NCBI RefSeq assembly: GCF_009914755.1 | Contig: NC_060930.1 | DNA: 64,000 bases | Origin: the human T2T-CHM13v2.0 reference genome, Homo sapiens | Direction: 5' to 3' (one strand) | Shown here: in pieces, positions 1 through 15,569 of the stretch | Numbering within the stretch: position 1 is the stretch's first letter | Layout: each line of letters opens with the position of its first letter | Notes under the pieces: generated by a model | The model's database searches: none | What the model was told of the DNA's origin: nothing | The model's input: only the letters and a program-made list of their open reading frames with translations | Made by a program: the position numbers and the translations under genes

Positions 1-19
1 TGATTAAATTCTCATATTA

Positions 20-395
<376 letters not shown>

Positions 396-431
396 TCAAA
401 ATCTATACTCTATTTAAGTGAATAAACAATT

Positions 432-945
432 TGTGGCAGATTAAAGATGGCAACAAGTTTTTTGAGATTCCTCCCAACAAGAGATGGGGTTTTGTCTTTT
501 TTTCCCTTGAATCTAGGTAGGTTCTATTATTTTTTTGACCCACAGGATATAGTGGAAGTCAGGCTGTGTTGGTATCCTGACCAAGGCTTTAGGATACTGG
601 AAGCTTTTGCTTTCTGTCTCTTGAAACACTTGACCTTGAATTCCACCTGCCATGCTGTTTGGAAGCCCAAGCTGCACTGTGGAGCAACCCATGTGAAAAG
701 GAATGGAGGCTCTGGCTGAACTTCTCGTTGACAGACAACACCAAATTGCCAGCCATGTGAGCCAGCCACCTTGGAAGTATCATCTCCAGCCCCAGTCTAG
801 CTGCTGTCATTGTATGGGGGAGAACTAAGTTTTCCTTGTTAAGCCCTTTTCAAATTGCTGATTTGTGAGCCAAATAAATGATTGTTTTTGCTTTAAGCCA
901 AAAAGTTTTGGGACAGTTTGATTTACAGAAATACTTACCTGAACA
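432..945 (+). mobile_element. ERVL-MaLR solo LTR, MLT1F/G/H-like
   Basis: Starts TGTGGCAGATTAAAGATGG; ends AATAAATGATTGTTTTTGCTTTAAGCC...GAACA, resembling MLT1 termini. Confidence 0.8.
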
Positions 946-1565
946 ATTGTTCTTCAACAAAAATAATCATCTCCCAAAGAAGCTTGTTCATAATAAGTGA
1001 TGTAAAGCTGACAGTTTGGTCTTCAAAAGCCTCTCATACTGTTAGGAGGGAAATGAAGCAATCAATATAGGCTTGTAATCAGCATTAGGGAAAGTAGAAA
1101 ACTACTGATAAGTTTTAAGCCTTCTATTCTACAACACCACTTCAGAATTGAGTGCTAATTGCTTCATTGCTGCTGAACGGTATTAGTAGATTTAGAATTT
1201 GTACAATATACCAAGCATGTAATTGTCTCATGACACCATTTGTGCACTGAACAGCAACGCTTAATGTGGACAATAGACTTGGAATGGATTTTAGAAATGC
1301 TAATTAACAAAAAAGTTCTTATTGTATAATAATGTTTCAAGTGTGTTCCCAACAACTTCAATTAGCATAGAACAACTAAAGCAAAGAGCAGGGGAAGTTA
1401 AATAATACTCTGTTCTGTTCCTTTCTGTATCACGGACCTGCAGACCAAAACTAGAAGACATGGTCATCTTTTTTATTGTTTTGGAAGGTAAATTCTCATT
1501 TTCACACGATTTATTTTTATAAAACAACTCTTTTTAGGGAACAAAATATTCATTTCTAGTTGGAG

Positions 1566-1752
1566 CAGTATTTCTGAAACTTTAGCAGGTATCAGAATCA
1601 TCTGGAGAGCTTGTTAAAACATTGATTTAAAAGACCCAATCACAGAGCTTCTGATTTGTTAGATCTGGGGTAGGAGCCAAGAATTTACATTTGTAACAGG
1701 TTCCCAGGCAATGTTGATGTTGGTCTGGAGAACACACATTGAGAACCACTGG
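1566..1752. mobile_element. MER5A (hAT-Charlie MITE)
   Basis: CAGTATTTCTGAAACTTTAGC..ATCAGAATCATCTGGAGAGCTTGTTAAAAC...TTGAGAACCACTGG. Confidence 0.85.
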
Positions 1753-1854
1753 ATTAGAAAAAATAATGTATAATGAATGATTCGTAAGTCCCAGCTACCT
1801 AGAAGTGAAAACTTAGCTGTTACTATTACCTAAGGTATCGAGTTTAGAATTATT

Positions 1855-2080
1855 AATAAACAGTAAACATTCCTTGAATGCCTACTATGAACTAGACACT
1901 GTGGTAGGTTTGAGGAGCTTATACCCTGGTTGAGGAGAAATATGGGGTCATATGGGGACAAATAGGAGGAAAATCACCTACTCTTAGGGTTTATGGAGAA
2001 CTTGTTGTAGGAGATGACTCCTGAGTTAAGTTTTGATATGAGCAAGTGTTGCCTAGGTCAGTAGAAGCTGAATGATTCTT
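1855..2080 (-). mobile_element. L2 3' fragment
   Basis: AAACATTCCTTGAATGCCTACTATG..GACACTGTG..GAGGAGCTTATA resembles the reverse L2 3' end. Confidence 0.5.
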
Positions 2081-3730
2081 ACAGACAAAGAGAATAACCC
2101 AAGAAACTAATAAAAGGTTGAAACAGCAGTTTTTATTACAAGAATGAAAGCATGAGGTATAGAAAAGTAGGCAATGATGTAGTTTTGCTCTCAAGAAAGT
2201 AAATTTGAAGATAGAAGAGAATAATATAGTTTTGTTTTTAACAAATATTTGTGTGTTACCCAGTATATGGAAGTGGTTTTATTGTGTGTGTTGTTTGTTG
2301 TTAAAAAGTGGCTTGGTTTGCATTTTGTTGAGATTTTAAACATTTTCTCATGGTAATTGATTAGAAAAAGGCAAAAATGGGGATAAAATTTGTCAAGACT
2401 ATTCATTTTAGTGATTTTAAATAATCTGTTCTCTTAATGAATCACAACTATGCTCAATATATTGTCATTTCTAAATTTTGAATTGATTTTGTTTGGTGAG
2501 AATTATTTTACCTCAGCTAATGTGAAACTGCATATGTAGCTTAAAACAGAAATGGCACTTTAAAATAAATTTTCAGTGTCAAGTAATGTCAAATCATATT
2601 AGTCAGCTTGAGTATGTTAGAAACTAATTCTTTTTTGTTGAATTTCGAACTGCTTCATGGGCAATAGAGGGACTGCACGTCACAGTTACCACCCTCCCCA
2701 AAATATAATGTTCACTTCAGAAGAAACACTTCCTTCTTCCTCAGACAGGAAAAAAGGGTGGATAAATTAACAGGAACTAAAAGCAGAGGCACAGCTACTA
2801 TATCAACAAGTAATACAAAAATGCGTGAAACAGAAAAATGCTCATGGCACCTGAAGTTAACATTAGTCTCTTTTCTATGTATCAAGCTGACATATTAGAA
2901 AATAAAAAATTATGTATATTTGATTTTCATGTATATATGAAGCGCATATCTTGAATAACAAAGGCATCTCAATTTTGAAGCAAGCAATTTTTTAGGCAAA
3001 TCCAAAAGCAAGAAAATGATAAAATAGGTCTGTATTTCAAATAGAATATAAAGACATAGTGAACAAGAAGAAAATGAAGCAAAAGGAGTTCAGTATGATG
3101 AAAGAAAGTCTATTGCTTTAGTAGCTCACCAAGTCAAAATCCTCAGGAAATGCACAATCTTTGTTGTGTTAATATGACTTCAAATGGAGCTGTTTAAATC
3201 GTTTACTAAGATTTAATAGCTAAACATGGGCACAGTAACAGTATCTTTTATAACCTTTTTGGGTCAAAGAATATTCACACATTTATTTGTGGGTAGAATA
3301 TGCTTAACTCTTAACAATATAATGGTGCTGTTTGACATCGCAAGAAGGGTAAATAGTAACACCGCAAAATTATGACAACTATTTTTAAAATGTAATTAAT
3401 TTAATTAGAGCACCAGAAACAAAAAAATTCTGGAAAAGGAGCAGCAGGAGAGAATTTCACTAACATCTTTCACAAATCTCGACTCTAATTCAGTGTTTAA
3501 ATAATCCTTTTGTCAAAATAGTGAACTGGCTTTCTGCAAAGGACGTCTTTCTGCAAAGGGCATCTTTGAACTGGTTTTTACTTGTGGAGCTGTTTTGTGT
3601 ACTGAAGAGTATCCACTTGTCAAGCTGCCATTCTGAAACCCAGATGAGTAGCTGAGAAGCTCATTTTGCTTGCCCTCGGGACAGCTAAGCTTTACATTTT
3701 TGATGACAATGGAATGCAGTAGTTTATGTC

Positions 3731-3732
<2 letters not shown>

Positions 3733-3769
<37 letters not shown>

Positions 3770-3780
3770 CATGTGCGCAC
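3733..3780. repeat. (GT)16 microsatellite plus alternating purine-pyrimidine tail
   Basis: Seen directly. Confidence 0.97.
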
Positions 3781-5139
3781 CTGCATGTTATTCAGCTTCT
3801 GTTTGAGGTTCACCCTACTTAATTACAAAGTAAGCGTGAAGCAGGGAACACCCTTTGCAACTACCCTTCACTTTTCATCTTAGAATCGTGCACTCTGCAA
3901 AAATCTGATTTTCTCCCCATTTTAGTTTTAAAAACAGTTTATATAAAAACTGAAAAGCAACAAAACAGAAATTTCAGAAATGTACACTAAGGTGCTTTGC
4001 TTGCTTTAAAGATGGAAACACTGTGTTTCTTATTTCTATTGCATTTTAGAATTTAGAAAACCAGAAAGAATCCAGAAGGTCTTCTATGGCCATTTTATTA
4101 AACAGCCATAGGTCCTGAGAAACTGATTCTATGTTTCTGTAAGTTTACTCAGAATTCCAGTGACACCAGCTTTACTTCTATAAAAAGATATTATTGATGA
4201 TTAAACTTAAAATACTTTTGAGATTATTATAATTAGAAATTAAACAGATATTATTGAATAAAGCAATAATTTCTTAAGCTACAGTATTAAGTAACGTATT
4301 TTATAATATCTACATAGCTAACAAAATATCTGTATCATAAACCTTGGGTATATATAACTCAGGTGGTTTGTTTCTGGGAATACGATCATAATAGGGAGAA
4401 AACTCAGTGACATAACAGTGACAAAATAGCTTCAACCCTACCTTTAGTTGTATAATTTTGCTGAAGTTTCTGCATATATATAGCAAAGGAATTGAACTAC
4501 ATCTGTAAAACTCAATTTCTAAAAATTCCATGGTTAAATAAGTAAACAGATCCATAGGAGGGAAAACTCTACAAAAATTCAGGAAATGTGATTATCTCTC
4601 TCCCTTCCTTCCTTCTTTTCCTTAGTTGTTTAGCTTATGAATCCTGCCTTTAATGAAAGTGAAAAAATAATATTAATATAGCACATGAGAAAGTTATGTT
4701 AAAAGCTTAAAAGAAGAGATGGAGAATGGTAAAGATGCAATTCAAAGAAGTGATAAATGTCTGGGATTAGGAAATGATGTTCTGGTAGAGCTATTTGTTA
4801 TATCAACAACAAGACTGAGATAGGAAGCTCTGAGCTGAAGGATGTATGTAACGAGTGTCAGGGAGGCCCTGGAAAAAAAGCTCAAGTCAATGGCATTAGC
4901 TGAGCAATGGAGATTGAAAATTAGGTTTACATATTTCGATGCACCCAGATCACAGCCATGCCAATGGGTACTGCATTTCAGGGACTCTTCCTTTGCTGAC
5001 AGTTCAGTTTTTCTAGAACACCAGTCTCACCAGGTAGACTTCCAAGAAGATAATTAATTTTCTGCTCATGCAGCAAAATGTGTAAGGGGAAAAAAGCAAA
5101 CATTCCTGGCCATATAGAAACAAATAAGGCAGATGGGAA

Positions 5140-5357
5140 AGGCAATGTAGTATGGCAAAAAATTCACAGACCCGACATTGACTCTTACAAGATATTTTAC
5201 ATAGGGCAAGTTTTTTTATTTTTAATCCTTTTGATTGTCAGTTTCCTCATGCATAAGATGGAGTTTATACCAGTCCTCACATAGCAGTGATGTGAGGATT
5301 AAATGAAGCAAGACTTGTAAAGCGTCTCACATACTGCCTGGAAATAATGGGTGCTCT
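5140..5357 (+). mobile_element. MIR SINE
   Basis: Core CAGTTTCCTCATGCATAAGATGG...GTGAGGATTAAATGA...TGCCTGG. Confidence 0.8.
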
Positions 5358-6245
5358 CCCTTCAGTTTTTCCTTTTCTCACTTTTTATACTTTTCCTTTT
5401 TCTTGCTCCTGATGTTTTCCCCACTCTCTCACCAAGTGAGAAACAGAAGTTTCCAAGTAAAAGATCCTCTTAACATCCAAATGGCCTGCTGGGTGGCTCC
5501 TCAAGGTCTTAGAGTCTTAGAGGGGGATGGTTCTTCCTAAGAATCCCTCAGAACACAGTTTCCAGTATCTTGGACTCCTGAGCTGCTCTCCAGGGTGCTG
5601 CTGGGCATTTTGAAGATTCTCTCCTCAATGGGGAGTTGCTTTTATCTTCCTAGGGGCTCTAAAGTGCTTCCTGGAATTCGAGCTTCTGTAGAGATATTTA
5701 TTGGCAGTGACAGACAGAGCTCTTTATCTTTTCAAAGAGCAGCTCTACCAAGAAGGAATTGTTTGGCCATGTCTAGGAGTACAGGGGCAAATCTGGACAT
5801 GATTTTACTGCTTGAACTGCAAAGCTATTTGGGTTAACACTGAAATTAATTTTTTTCTGAGCTATATTGTAGGATAGCTTTATATATAAAGTTTACTTTG
5901 AAACCTTCCAATGGCACCTCTTGGTTTAATCAAGATTGACATTTTTAGTAATCCCAGTAAAGACTCTATCTAGGGTATTGCCTTAAAGTGTGTCTCAAAA
6001 ATACCTGAGAAGTAGGACTCTATTTGGATCTAGCCATCGTGCCTGTTCGATTGTTCTTGCCTGGTAGTCAGGGGAACACAGGACATTTTCACACCATTTT
6101 CAAATTAGTTCCGTTTATGAGGGGTGATACTCATCATGTACTTGTAGACTAATGGGTGCAAAATACAGATTCTACCCTCAAAAAGTGCAACCTTGAGATA
6201 GGGTGATGTTTCAGATCCATCAGTGCGAAATTTAGGAAGTAGAAC

Positions 6246-6630
6246 TGGTATGGTTTGGCTCTGTGTTCCCACCAAAATCTCATGTTGAATTGTAATCCCC
6301 AATACTGGGGAAGGGACCTGGTAGGAGGTGATTGGATCACAGGGGCAGATTCCCCCCTTGCTGTTCTCATGATAGTGAGTGAGTTCTCACCAAATCTGAT
6401 GGTTTAAAAGTGTGTGACACTTCTCCCTTCGTTCGCTGTCTTTCTCCTGCCGCCATGTGAAGGCATGCTTGCTTCCCCTTTCCTTTCTGCCATGATTGTA
6501 AGTTTCCTGAGGCCTCCCAGCCATGCTTCCTGTACAGTGTGTGGAACTGTGAGTCAAGTAAACCTCTTGTCTTTATAAATTACCCAGTCTCAGGTAGTTC
6601 TTTGTAGCAGTGTGAGAATGGATGAATACA
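6246..6630 (+). mobile_element. THE1D-like (MaLR) solo LTR, full length
   Basis: TGGTATGGTTTGGCTCTGTG start; CCATGATTGTAAGTTTCCTGAGGCCTCCCAGCC; TTTATAAATTACCCAGTCTCAGGTAG...AATACA end; 385 bp. Confidence 0.92.
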
Positions 6631-6739
6631 GAAAGAACTAAAGGGTTATTATCGACAAGCGAGCAATTTTAATGTTTTGCCTTGCGAAAATGTAGTAGTT
6701 CAGGTAAAACAAAACAAAAGATGAAAAAGTTCAAGAGTA

Positions 6740-6790
6740 TAGTTTGGTGCAAAAGTAATTGCGGTTTTTGCCATTGAAAGTAATGAAAAT
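6740..6790. mobile_element. MADE1 (Hsmar1-derived MITE), left half only
   Basis: TTGGTGCAAAAGTAATTGCGGTTTTTGCCATTGAAAGTAATG matches the MADE1 TIR and centre; second TIR absent. Confidence 0.88.
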
Positions 6791-7414
6791 AGAAAATGTC
6801 CCTGATAAAGTTTACCAAATAGTAATAAATATACTTTCCACAACATACTCTCACAATTTTATTGAAACAGTTTCTGGCACTCTGGGTAGTTTTCCAGACT
6901 CTGATCATGAGCACAGTAGTTATCACTGGCAGACGTGGGAGGAACAGGCAGCTTGGCCCCGTCTCTGGGGAACGTTGAGAGATTAATACAATGGGCAGCT
7001 CAAAATCCAGAGCTGGCTGAAGCCTTCAGCACTCTTGGCCTGAGTTTGTCACTTTAGAGTGGGCACCACGTAACTGACTGACTTCCCAAGAATTCGGGGT
7101 GGCAGATCATGCCACCTGGTTCAGTACTGCTCCATCTTACCTGCAGAGCTTGGAACAATCCTTTTGTTCTAGTAGATAAGTGAAGAAGAGCCAAACTCTT
7201 AATGAAATATACTTCCCTTGAACGTGTATCTCATAGGCTGTTTGACTGTTATGAAAAATGTCATCTATAGAAAAGAATGGTATACATGTTGCTAAGACAC
7301 ATTAGATGTTATTGCCGGAGTCAATATTTCAGAATTCAGGATGGTAATCTAACATTACTGCTTTTAGCTGTCCCTGAAGATCCAAAATTAAATTATTATT
7401 TTAAAGTTGTAGAT

Positions 7415-7625
7415 TGCAGCATAATAAGTGGGTAAAAGTAGGGACTCTGGCATTAAACTGCCTGGATTTCCTGCTGGACAAGTTACTGAACCATTTTGTG
7501 TCTCAGTTTCCCCATCTGTAATATCCCTTTCCTCATATGGTGGTTGTGAAGCTTACATGAGTTAATGCATACAATGGTACTAGAACCATGCCTGGGACAT
7601 AGTTAGCATTATCTAGGGGTTTGCT
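7415..7625 (+). mobile_element. MIR SINE
   Basis: GACAAGTTACTGAACC..TCTCAGTTTCCCCATCTGTAA..GGTTGTGAAG..TGCCTGGGACATAG. Confidence 0.8.
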
Positions 7626-8075
7626 GTTAATACACAAACTTATCCTATCCCACCATTCCCAGGAATTCTAACATCAGTTCCCAGGAGTTTTACCATTTTA
7701 GGATTGTTTGAATGAGAAACTGAACAGTATCTGACATGGATTACTGTTTCAAATAGTATGTGAAGGAGGTGAACATATGACAAACAAGGTGTATCTTTTC
7801 ACCTTGGTGCTTTATCTAGGAATGACGTTGTTATTCCAGAAAAGTGTTTGTTACATTGTATTGGCTATATTACATGCAGTATATTTGAAAACTAATTGTT
7901 CACATGAAAGCATTGACTGGCCTGGCGGTTATCTCATAACCTTGAATTTATCTCATTATTGAAAATGTCATAAAGAGATATCAGATATGCATGGTGGCTC
8001 AGCTCTTTGTCAAAGACATCTAATTTTTATCGTGAACCAGTGATTCTCCAGACTGGTTCTGTGGTTAAGATCAAT

Positions 8076-8111
8076 AGCAGCAGCAGCAGCAACAACAACA
8101 ACAAAAACAAA
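8076..8111. repeat. (AGC)5(AAC)n short compound trinucleotide repeat
   Basis: Seen directly. Confidence 0.9.
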
Positions 8112-9194
8112 ACTTCTTGATCATTACAGTAATCTTTTAAAGAAAACTTGAAATGTTTCTAGGTTTATCTTAAACTTGTCTGAAAAAAAATCTCAATCTT
8201 GCTCTAATTATCTCTACCTAATGTTATCTCTACCCTGATAACTTAGTGCTGTAGATAATAGAGAATCAGAGTTCAGAGGACAAGATTCTTGAGGTACCTC
8301 ACCAAGAAGCCACCTGTTGTTAGTCCCACGAAGTATGATCAGGCAGATGGTCAGCCCAAAAAGACACCTTGAGATGACTTGGAGAAGATTGGCCAAAGAA
8401 ATGTTTAGGTTTCTTGTCCTTCAACATGACATGGTCAAAATGTCAACTTACTAATATGGCTCTATGTCAGTATTTGCTTCCATCTAGTGAGATTTAGCTA
8501 CAGACTTATCAAACTATTAATATATATAGTGTGGATTTTTTTGGTGAATATTCCCAATTTTTTTAAAATCACAATATTAGTTGTATACCAACATATAGCA
8601 TTTTATTCTTATTATGAAGGCAATTTAAATTTATTGCAGAAAATTGAAAAACAGAAATAGAAAAAATAAAGCAAAAATGACTTGTAATGCTACTATTGAG
8701 ATATATCCACTAGCTTTTAGTATATTTTCTTCTAATTTAGTGTGTGTGTGTGCACATGTATGTACATACTTAGGACCAGACCGCATGTGTTAGTTTACCT
8801 CTTGCCTTAAAAAAACAAAAACAAAGAAACTAAGCATTGTATCCTAAGTATTTCCCCAACTTCAAATACTCTTTAAGATAATATTTCTAATGGCTGCAGG
8901 ATATTTCATCATGTGGATGTACCATATTTTATTTATTAGATGTTTAAACTTTCTTCAATAACAGAAATAATGTTGCTAGAAATATTCTTATACAGAAATA
9001 ACTGACCACAATTCTGATTATTTTCTTGGAACAATTTTTCTGGAAGTAAGATTATTGGATACGAACATTTTCAAGGCAATATTATTAAATTATTGTTAAG
9101 AAAGTTTGTCCCTATGTGCACTTTCCCCAGTGGTAGATTAGCCAGCACTGGTCTTGCTGCTCCCTGCAATGATTACTAGTTATTATTTTAGGGA

Positions 9195-9430
9195 GGTGAT
9201 GAGGATATTGGTTAAGAGCACAGACCCCAATTCTGTCACTTAATAATCATGTGGTCTTTAGCAACTTATTTCAGCTTTTTGTGTATTACTTTCTTCATCC
9301 GCAAAATTAAGATTGAAACAATACCACAGATTTTACAGTGTTGTGGGAATTACGTGAGATAATAGATCTGTAGCTCTTAATGTAGCACCTGGCACATACC
9401 AGCTACACTGTAAGTGTTTGCTCTTATTAA
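9195..9430 (+). mobile_element. MIR SINE
   Basis: GGTTAAGAGCACAGAC..TCTGTCACTTA..GTGAGATAAT..GCACCTGGCACATA. Confidence 0.75.
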
Positions 9431-9541
9431 TATTGTAAATGATTGGTAACTTGATAGGCAAGGTGGTATATTACCATTATTTTGATGTGCATTACTTTTA
9501 TTATTAGTGAAACCGAACATTGTTTCTTTTGCTTCTTCCTC

Positions 9542-10704
<1,163 letters not shown>

Positions 10705-11409
10705 ACTCAGTTTTCTATCTGGATCTGTATTTCTCTTGTTGACTTGTTAGAATTTTCTCTGTATTAGGCTTATAAACATTTGTCCTACTTATTATGGAAA
10801 CTCTTTCTACCTTTTTTTGTTTAATTTTGTTTTTCAATGTGCCTCAATTAATAAAATGTATAAAATTAATGCATTTTAAGTGTACAATGCAATAATTTTT
10901 AGTAAACTTACACAGTTTGACCAGTATAACCCAAGTTCATTTTTAGACTTAATACAATTTTTATCTTTGGGAGGTGATTAGGATATTGATTAAGAGCACA
11001 GACCCCAGTTCTGTCACTTAATAATCATGTGGTCTTTGTTTTTAAATGTGCCTCAATTAATAAAATGGATAGAATCAATCCATTTTGTGTATAATTGTAC
11101 ACTTAAAGTGGATAATTTATATCCATTTTAAGTGTATTAAATACCTCCCTAAAATAAAAATTCATATATATGAGTTTTCAATGCTTATATTGTCAAATCT
11201 ATGACTTATATTGCTCTTGTGTTTTGTTTAAAAAAATCCCTATTGTAATTTTAATTCTTTAAACCATTTGGAGTACTATTAGGTCTGATGTAAGTTAAGG
11301 TTAAAAATTTTTCCAAAAATTAATCAAACACACACTACTTATTAAATAAAATTCCCTTTACTAATTTGAAAAGTTATATTTATCAATTAAAAATTATTAT
11401 ATGCAACCA

Positions 11410-11540
11410 TGTAGTCCCAGCTACTCAAGAGGCTGAGGCGGGAGGATTGCTTGAGTCCAGTGGGCTATGATTGCACCACCATACTGTAGCCTGGGTGACA
11501 GAATGAGACCATCTCTACAAAACAAACAAACATACAAAAT
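11410..11540 (+). mobile_element. Alu right-monomer fragment (AluJ/FRAM-like) with internal deletion
   Basis: TGTAGTCCCAGCTACTC..GGAGGATTGCTTGAG..GCCTGGGTGACAGA; (CAAA)n tail. Confidence 0.85.
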
Positions 11541-11823
11541 ATATTTATATCTTGTAGGATCCACTCCTTGACTATAGACTCTACTGATCAATTTTGGGCC
11601 AGTACCACATTACCTTTAGAATATAAAGGTAGAATTTTGTAAATGTGTTAATGTTGGGGGTAAATTATCCCTCATCACTCTTCTTTTTCTAAACATTTTT
11701 GTTCACTTTTACACATCGTTCTCCCAAATGAACCTTAGAATAGTTTTGTCAAGTTCCTATTCTATTTCCTAAAAACCGTTCCTGCTATGAGTTTGAGTAA
11801 AATTATATTAAGCCTAAAAATGA

Positions 11824-12130
<307 letters not shown>

Positions 12131-13167
12131 CTAAAAATGAACTTGGGTTATACTAGTCAAACTATGTAAGTTTACTAAAAATTATTGAGTTGTACACTTA
12201 AAATGGATTAATCTTGTCCAAACTGTACACTTAAAATGGATTAATTTTATCCATTTTATTAATTGTGGTATCCTTAAAGTATACCTCAATTAAGCTATTT
12301 TTTTAAATGAGTTTCTATCCAGAAACTTCATATCTCTACTTATTAAGGCCTTTTATGTTATGTTTTATTTATATTTTTAATAATGTTTATTAGTTGTGTT
12401 TACCTCTAGTAGATTCCACCATAAATCATTTCATGTTGTTGTTGTTGGGTAGCCTCAAGTGAGTTTGTTTCTGTGATTGAATTTATGGGGCCATGAGATC
12501 TGGAGGGCAGAAAAGTCAATGTGGCATCTACTTGATCACTTGTTGAGGGGACGGGCTGGAACCATGCTCCTTCTGCAGGTGTTCTGAATGTCAGTGCCTT
12601 CAAGCTGGGCAAGCACATACATGTGGAACTCACCTGGGGGTGAGGCAACAGAGCATGAAAGAGGCTATAGAGAACAGGATCTGGGTGCTTCCCATAGAGG
12701 CATGCCAGTTTAGACTTTTTCAAGAACACAGTGCTAGCCAAACAAAAACTCCTCTGTCATCTAAATCCAGCTCACTGTCTTCCAATTTGTATCCCTTTTT
12801 TGGGCTACCTGAAGTTTATATTGAGCTACCTGCTCTGAGAAGTCACCACCAATATATACATGAAAGGAACAAACACTCTCAAGATCTGGTAACTGCTGAA
12901 TTGGGGTGAGCTGATATTTCTTCATAGGCTCCTGTAACTTATAGGCAACCTTTGTAGAGAAAGGTATAGTAGGTATCCAGGAGATGTACTGTGTGCGTGA
13001 GAAGGCTGGCGATCCTATGCTAGAGTGTTGGTTCTGGGCAGATATGATTTAGGATGGGATTAATCTAAAGTGGACTCTATAAGAATGAGGGGTTCTTGTG
13101 TTGTTGCCTGTTCCTCACTAATTTTACTGCTACATCCACTGAGAATCTATTTGAAAGACTTAATTCA

Positions 13168-13294
13168 GGCTGGGTGCCGTGGCTCATGTCGTAATCTCCT
13201 CACTTTGGGAGGCCAAAGAAGGAGAGTCGCTTGAGCCCAGGATTTCAAGACCAGCCTGGGCAACGTGGTGAGACCCCATTTCTGTTTTTATCAA
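13168..13294 (+). mobile_element. FLAM_C / free left Alu monomer
   Basis: Single monomer with GCTTGAGCCCAGG; TSD AAAGACTTAATT on both sides. Confidence 0.88.
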
Positions 13295-15569
13295 AAAGAC
13301 TTAATTTATATTTTAAATTTGAACTATAGAATATGGTCAAGTTACAAAACTCATTACTTCGCTATATATAATTATCAAAATATGTTCTTGCTAACATAGG
13401 AGTAGCAACATTTATGGATTATTTAATAATATCATCTTACATATAGCTTTTATTGATACAAAAATTTTTAGAAAATAAAAATATTAAAAAGACCACTCCT
13501 GTATTTTGTACTTGTAGTTTTACAGCATATTCCCTATATTTTTCTATTTAAATTGACAAGAAAATGTCTTTTTCTTGCCCAAAGACTTTTGGCCAATTAC
13601 TCAATGAAGGAATGACTATTAATTCACTTATATGGATTGTGTTAGCTTGGTTCTGATTAGAAGGGCCTTGTATCTTAAAATGACACATAATGTCAGCAAA
13701 TAAAACACCACTGTTTAGTATATTAATGTAACCTTTGATAATTAGAAAAATTAAGACTTTGTCTTACAGTTTTCAAGAGAAAATGTTTACTTTGCACAAT
13801 TTTTAAGACTGACCAATAAATTATATTATGTTAATTAAGATGGTCTTAAAAATTTTTTCTAACTTATGAACATCTTTAATTTTTAATTTTATTTGAAAAT
13901 ACAGTATGTTTTATGCAAATGAAAAAATAATAATAGGTATTTCTAAAATTTATAGGACATGCTTAGTTTCTTATAAAAATCTCATAATTTCTCAATACAT
14001 TATTATTATCATTATTTTTGTGGTAATTATTTCAATTTATTTAATTGAATTTTATGTTCATCTTAAAAAATTTAGAAATGGATAATATATTGTTCAATTA
14101 TTTCCAGGGTCATAATAGTCTGGAGCTTCTATTTTATTATATGAGGGGTTTCACAAAATTAGTTTTAATTAATGATACCATTAACCAAATTCTTCTCTGA
14201 ATTATTAAATCTTTAAATTACCTAAATTATGGTAAAATTAAATATAAGGCTTTAAATCTTTCTTAGGGTTCATTTTCTTCCAAAAATTCTCCTTCCCTAA
14301 TACTACATTCTAGCTCAGTTCTCTCTTAATTTATTTTATCACATTTTTCCAACAGATTAATACTTATCAATTAGTGATCTGAGTTAAATTTAATAACTGT
14401 GGCAAGTTTCCCAAAAGATGACTGAATTTGACCAAAGTTACAGACGAGGTGCTTACAAAAGAAAGCTTTGGCATAGAACCTTGTTCTGTTGGATTTAACT
14501 GAGTATCAACCATTACACTTATAAAATAGCAAACTTTTCAACCTAGAGAAAAAAGTGCATCATCATTATCAACAACTACTACCACCCAACAACTCTGCAG
14601 TGATGACCATTTTAAAACTCAAAACATGAATTCTTCATATTGAGTGACATCCAGGCGATTTCTCCCTTGGTTTCCTCCACTATCTGTTATACCAAGACAC
14701 AAAGGTATTTCAGCTCTAATTATTAGAATTCTTTGCTGTTGGCATCTTGCTGGAATTTTTCTTTTTTCATAAAGAGACTTTCTTCCAAAATATTTTCAGC
14801 CTCTTAATCAGCTGTTAGCTGTCAGGAGCACAGCTGTTTCTTCCCCTTCTTCTGAGTTAAGGATTACTCCCCAAGTCAGAAATAAAGAATTCTTAATCAC
14901 AAAGGACTTGGCATATTTTAGAATATAACAAGACAGCATCATAATTAATTTTTAAAGGATAGAACAAATGCTCTGACAGATTAGCTTGAACAAATGAAAG
15001 TTTCTAAGATAGTAAAATTGATTATTTTAGAAACTACTAAATAAGAATTCTCTGTATTTTCCATTTGCTATAACTATCTGTCAAAGTTTGATAAGGCAAA
15101 CTTTGCCCCAAAGAAGTTGGTAGCTAGTGTGTAAGCAAGAAGTTGCTGTCACAGGTAATGGGAATTTTAATTAGGTTGGGAATAGATGCCTAGGGTTGGG
15201 GATAGGCTTTTCTGCCACGTGTAGCATTCTGAAGAAATAACACTGAATTTCTAAGATGCTATTGTCATTACCATTTTCAAGGGGTGGGGGAAGGTGAGAA
15301 AGCTCAGAGAAACAAATTCTAAAACATTAATGTTCTCCATAGCTGACAAAATCCAACCACATTCTGGATCAAGTACAATGCAAAATAGTAAGTCACTTTC
15401 TGAAACACAAAGAGATTTTAGCTCACAGCAAGAAATAACAGATAATTCTGTAAAACATGCAACAAAAACAGAAAATAGCATGGATGTGTTCATAAAATGT
15501 TCTTAATAATTTTCATTAATTGAACTTTGTTTTTCATGCCCTGAGTCTTCAGTTTTAGAGATATAATTT

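Noticed and set aside
6740-6790. miR-548-type hairpin from MADE1
   Set aside because: Only one terminal inverted repeat survives, so the fold-back cannot form
8076-8111. CAG/CAA run as a polyglutamine coding tract
   Set aside because: Short, not in an ORF, decays into an A-rich tract
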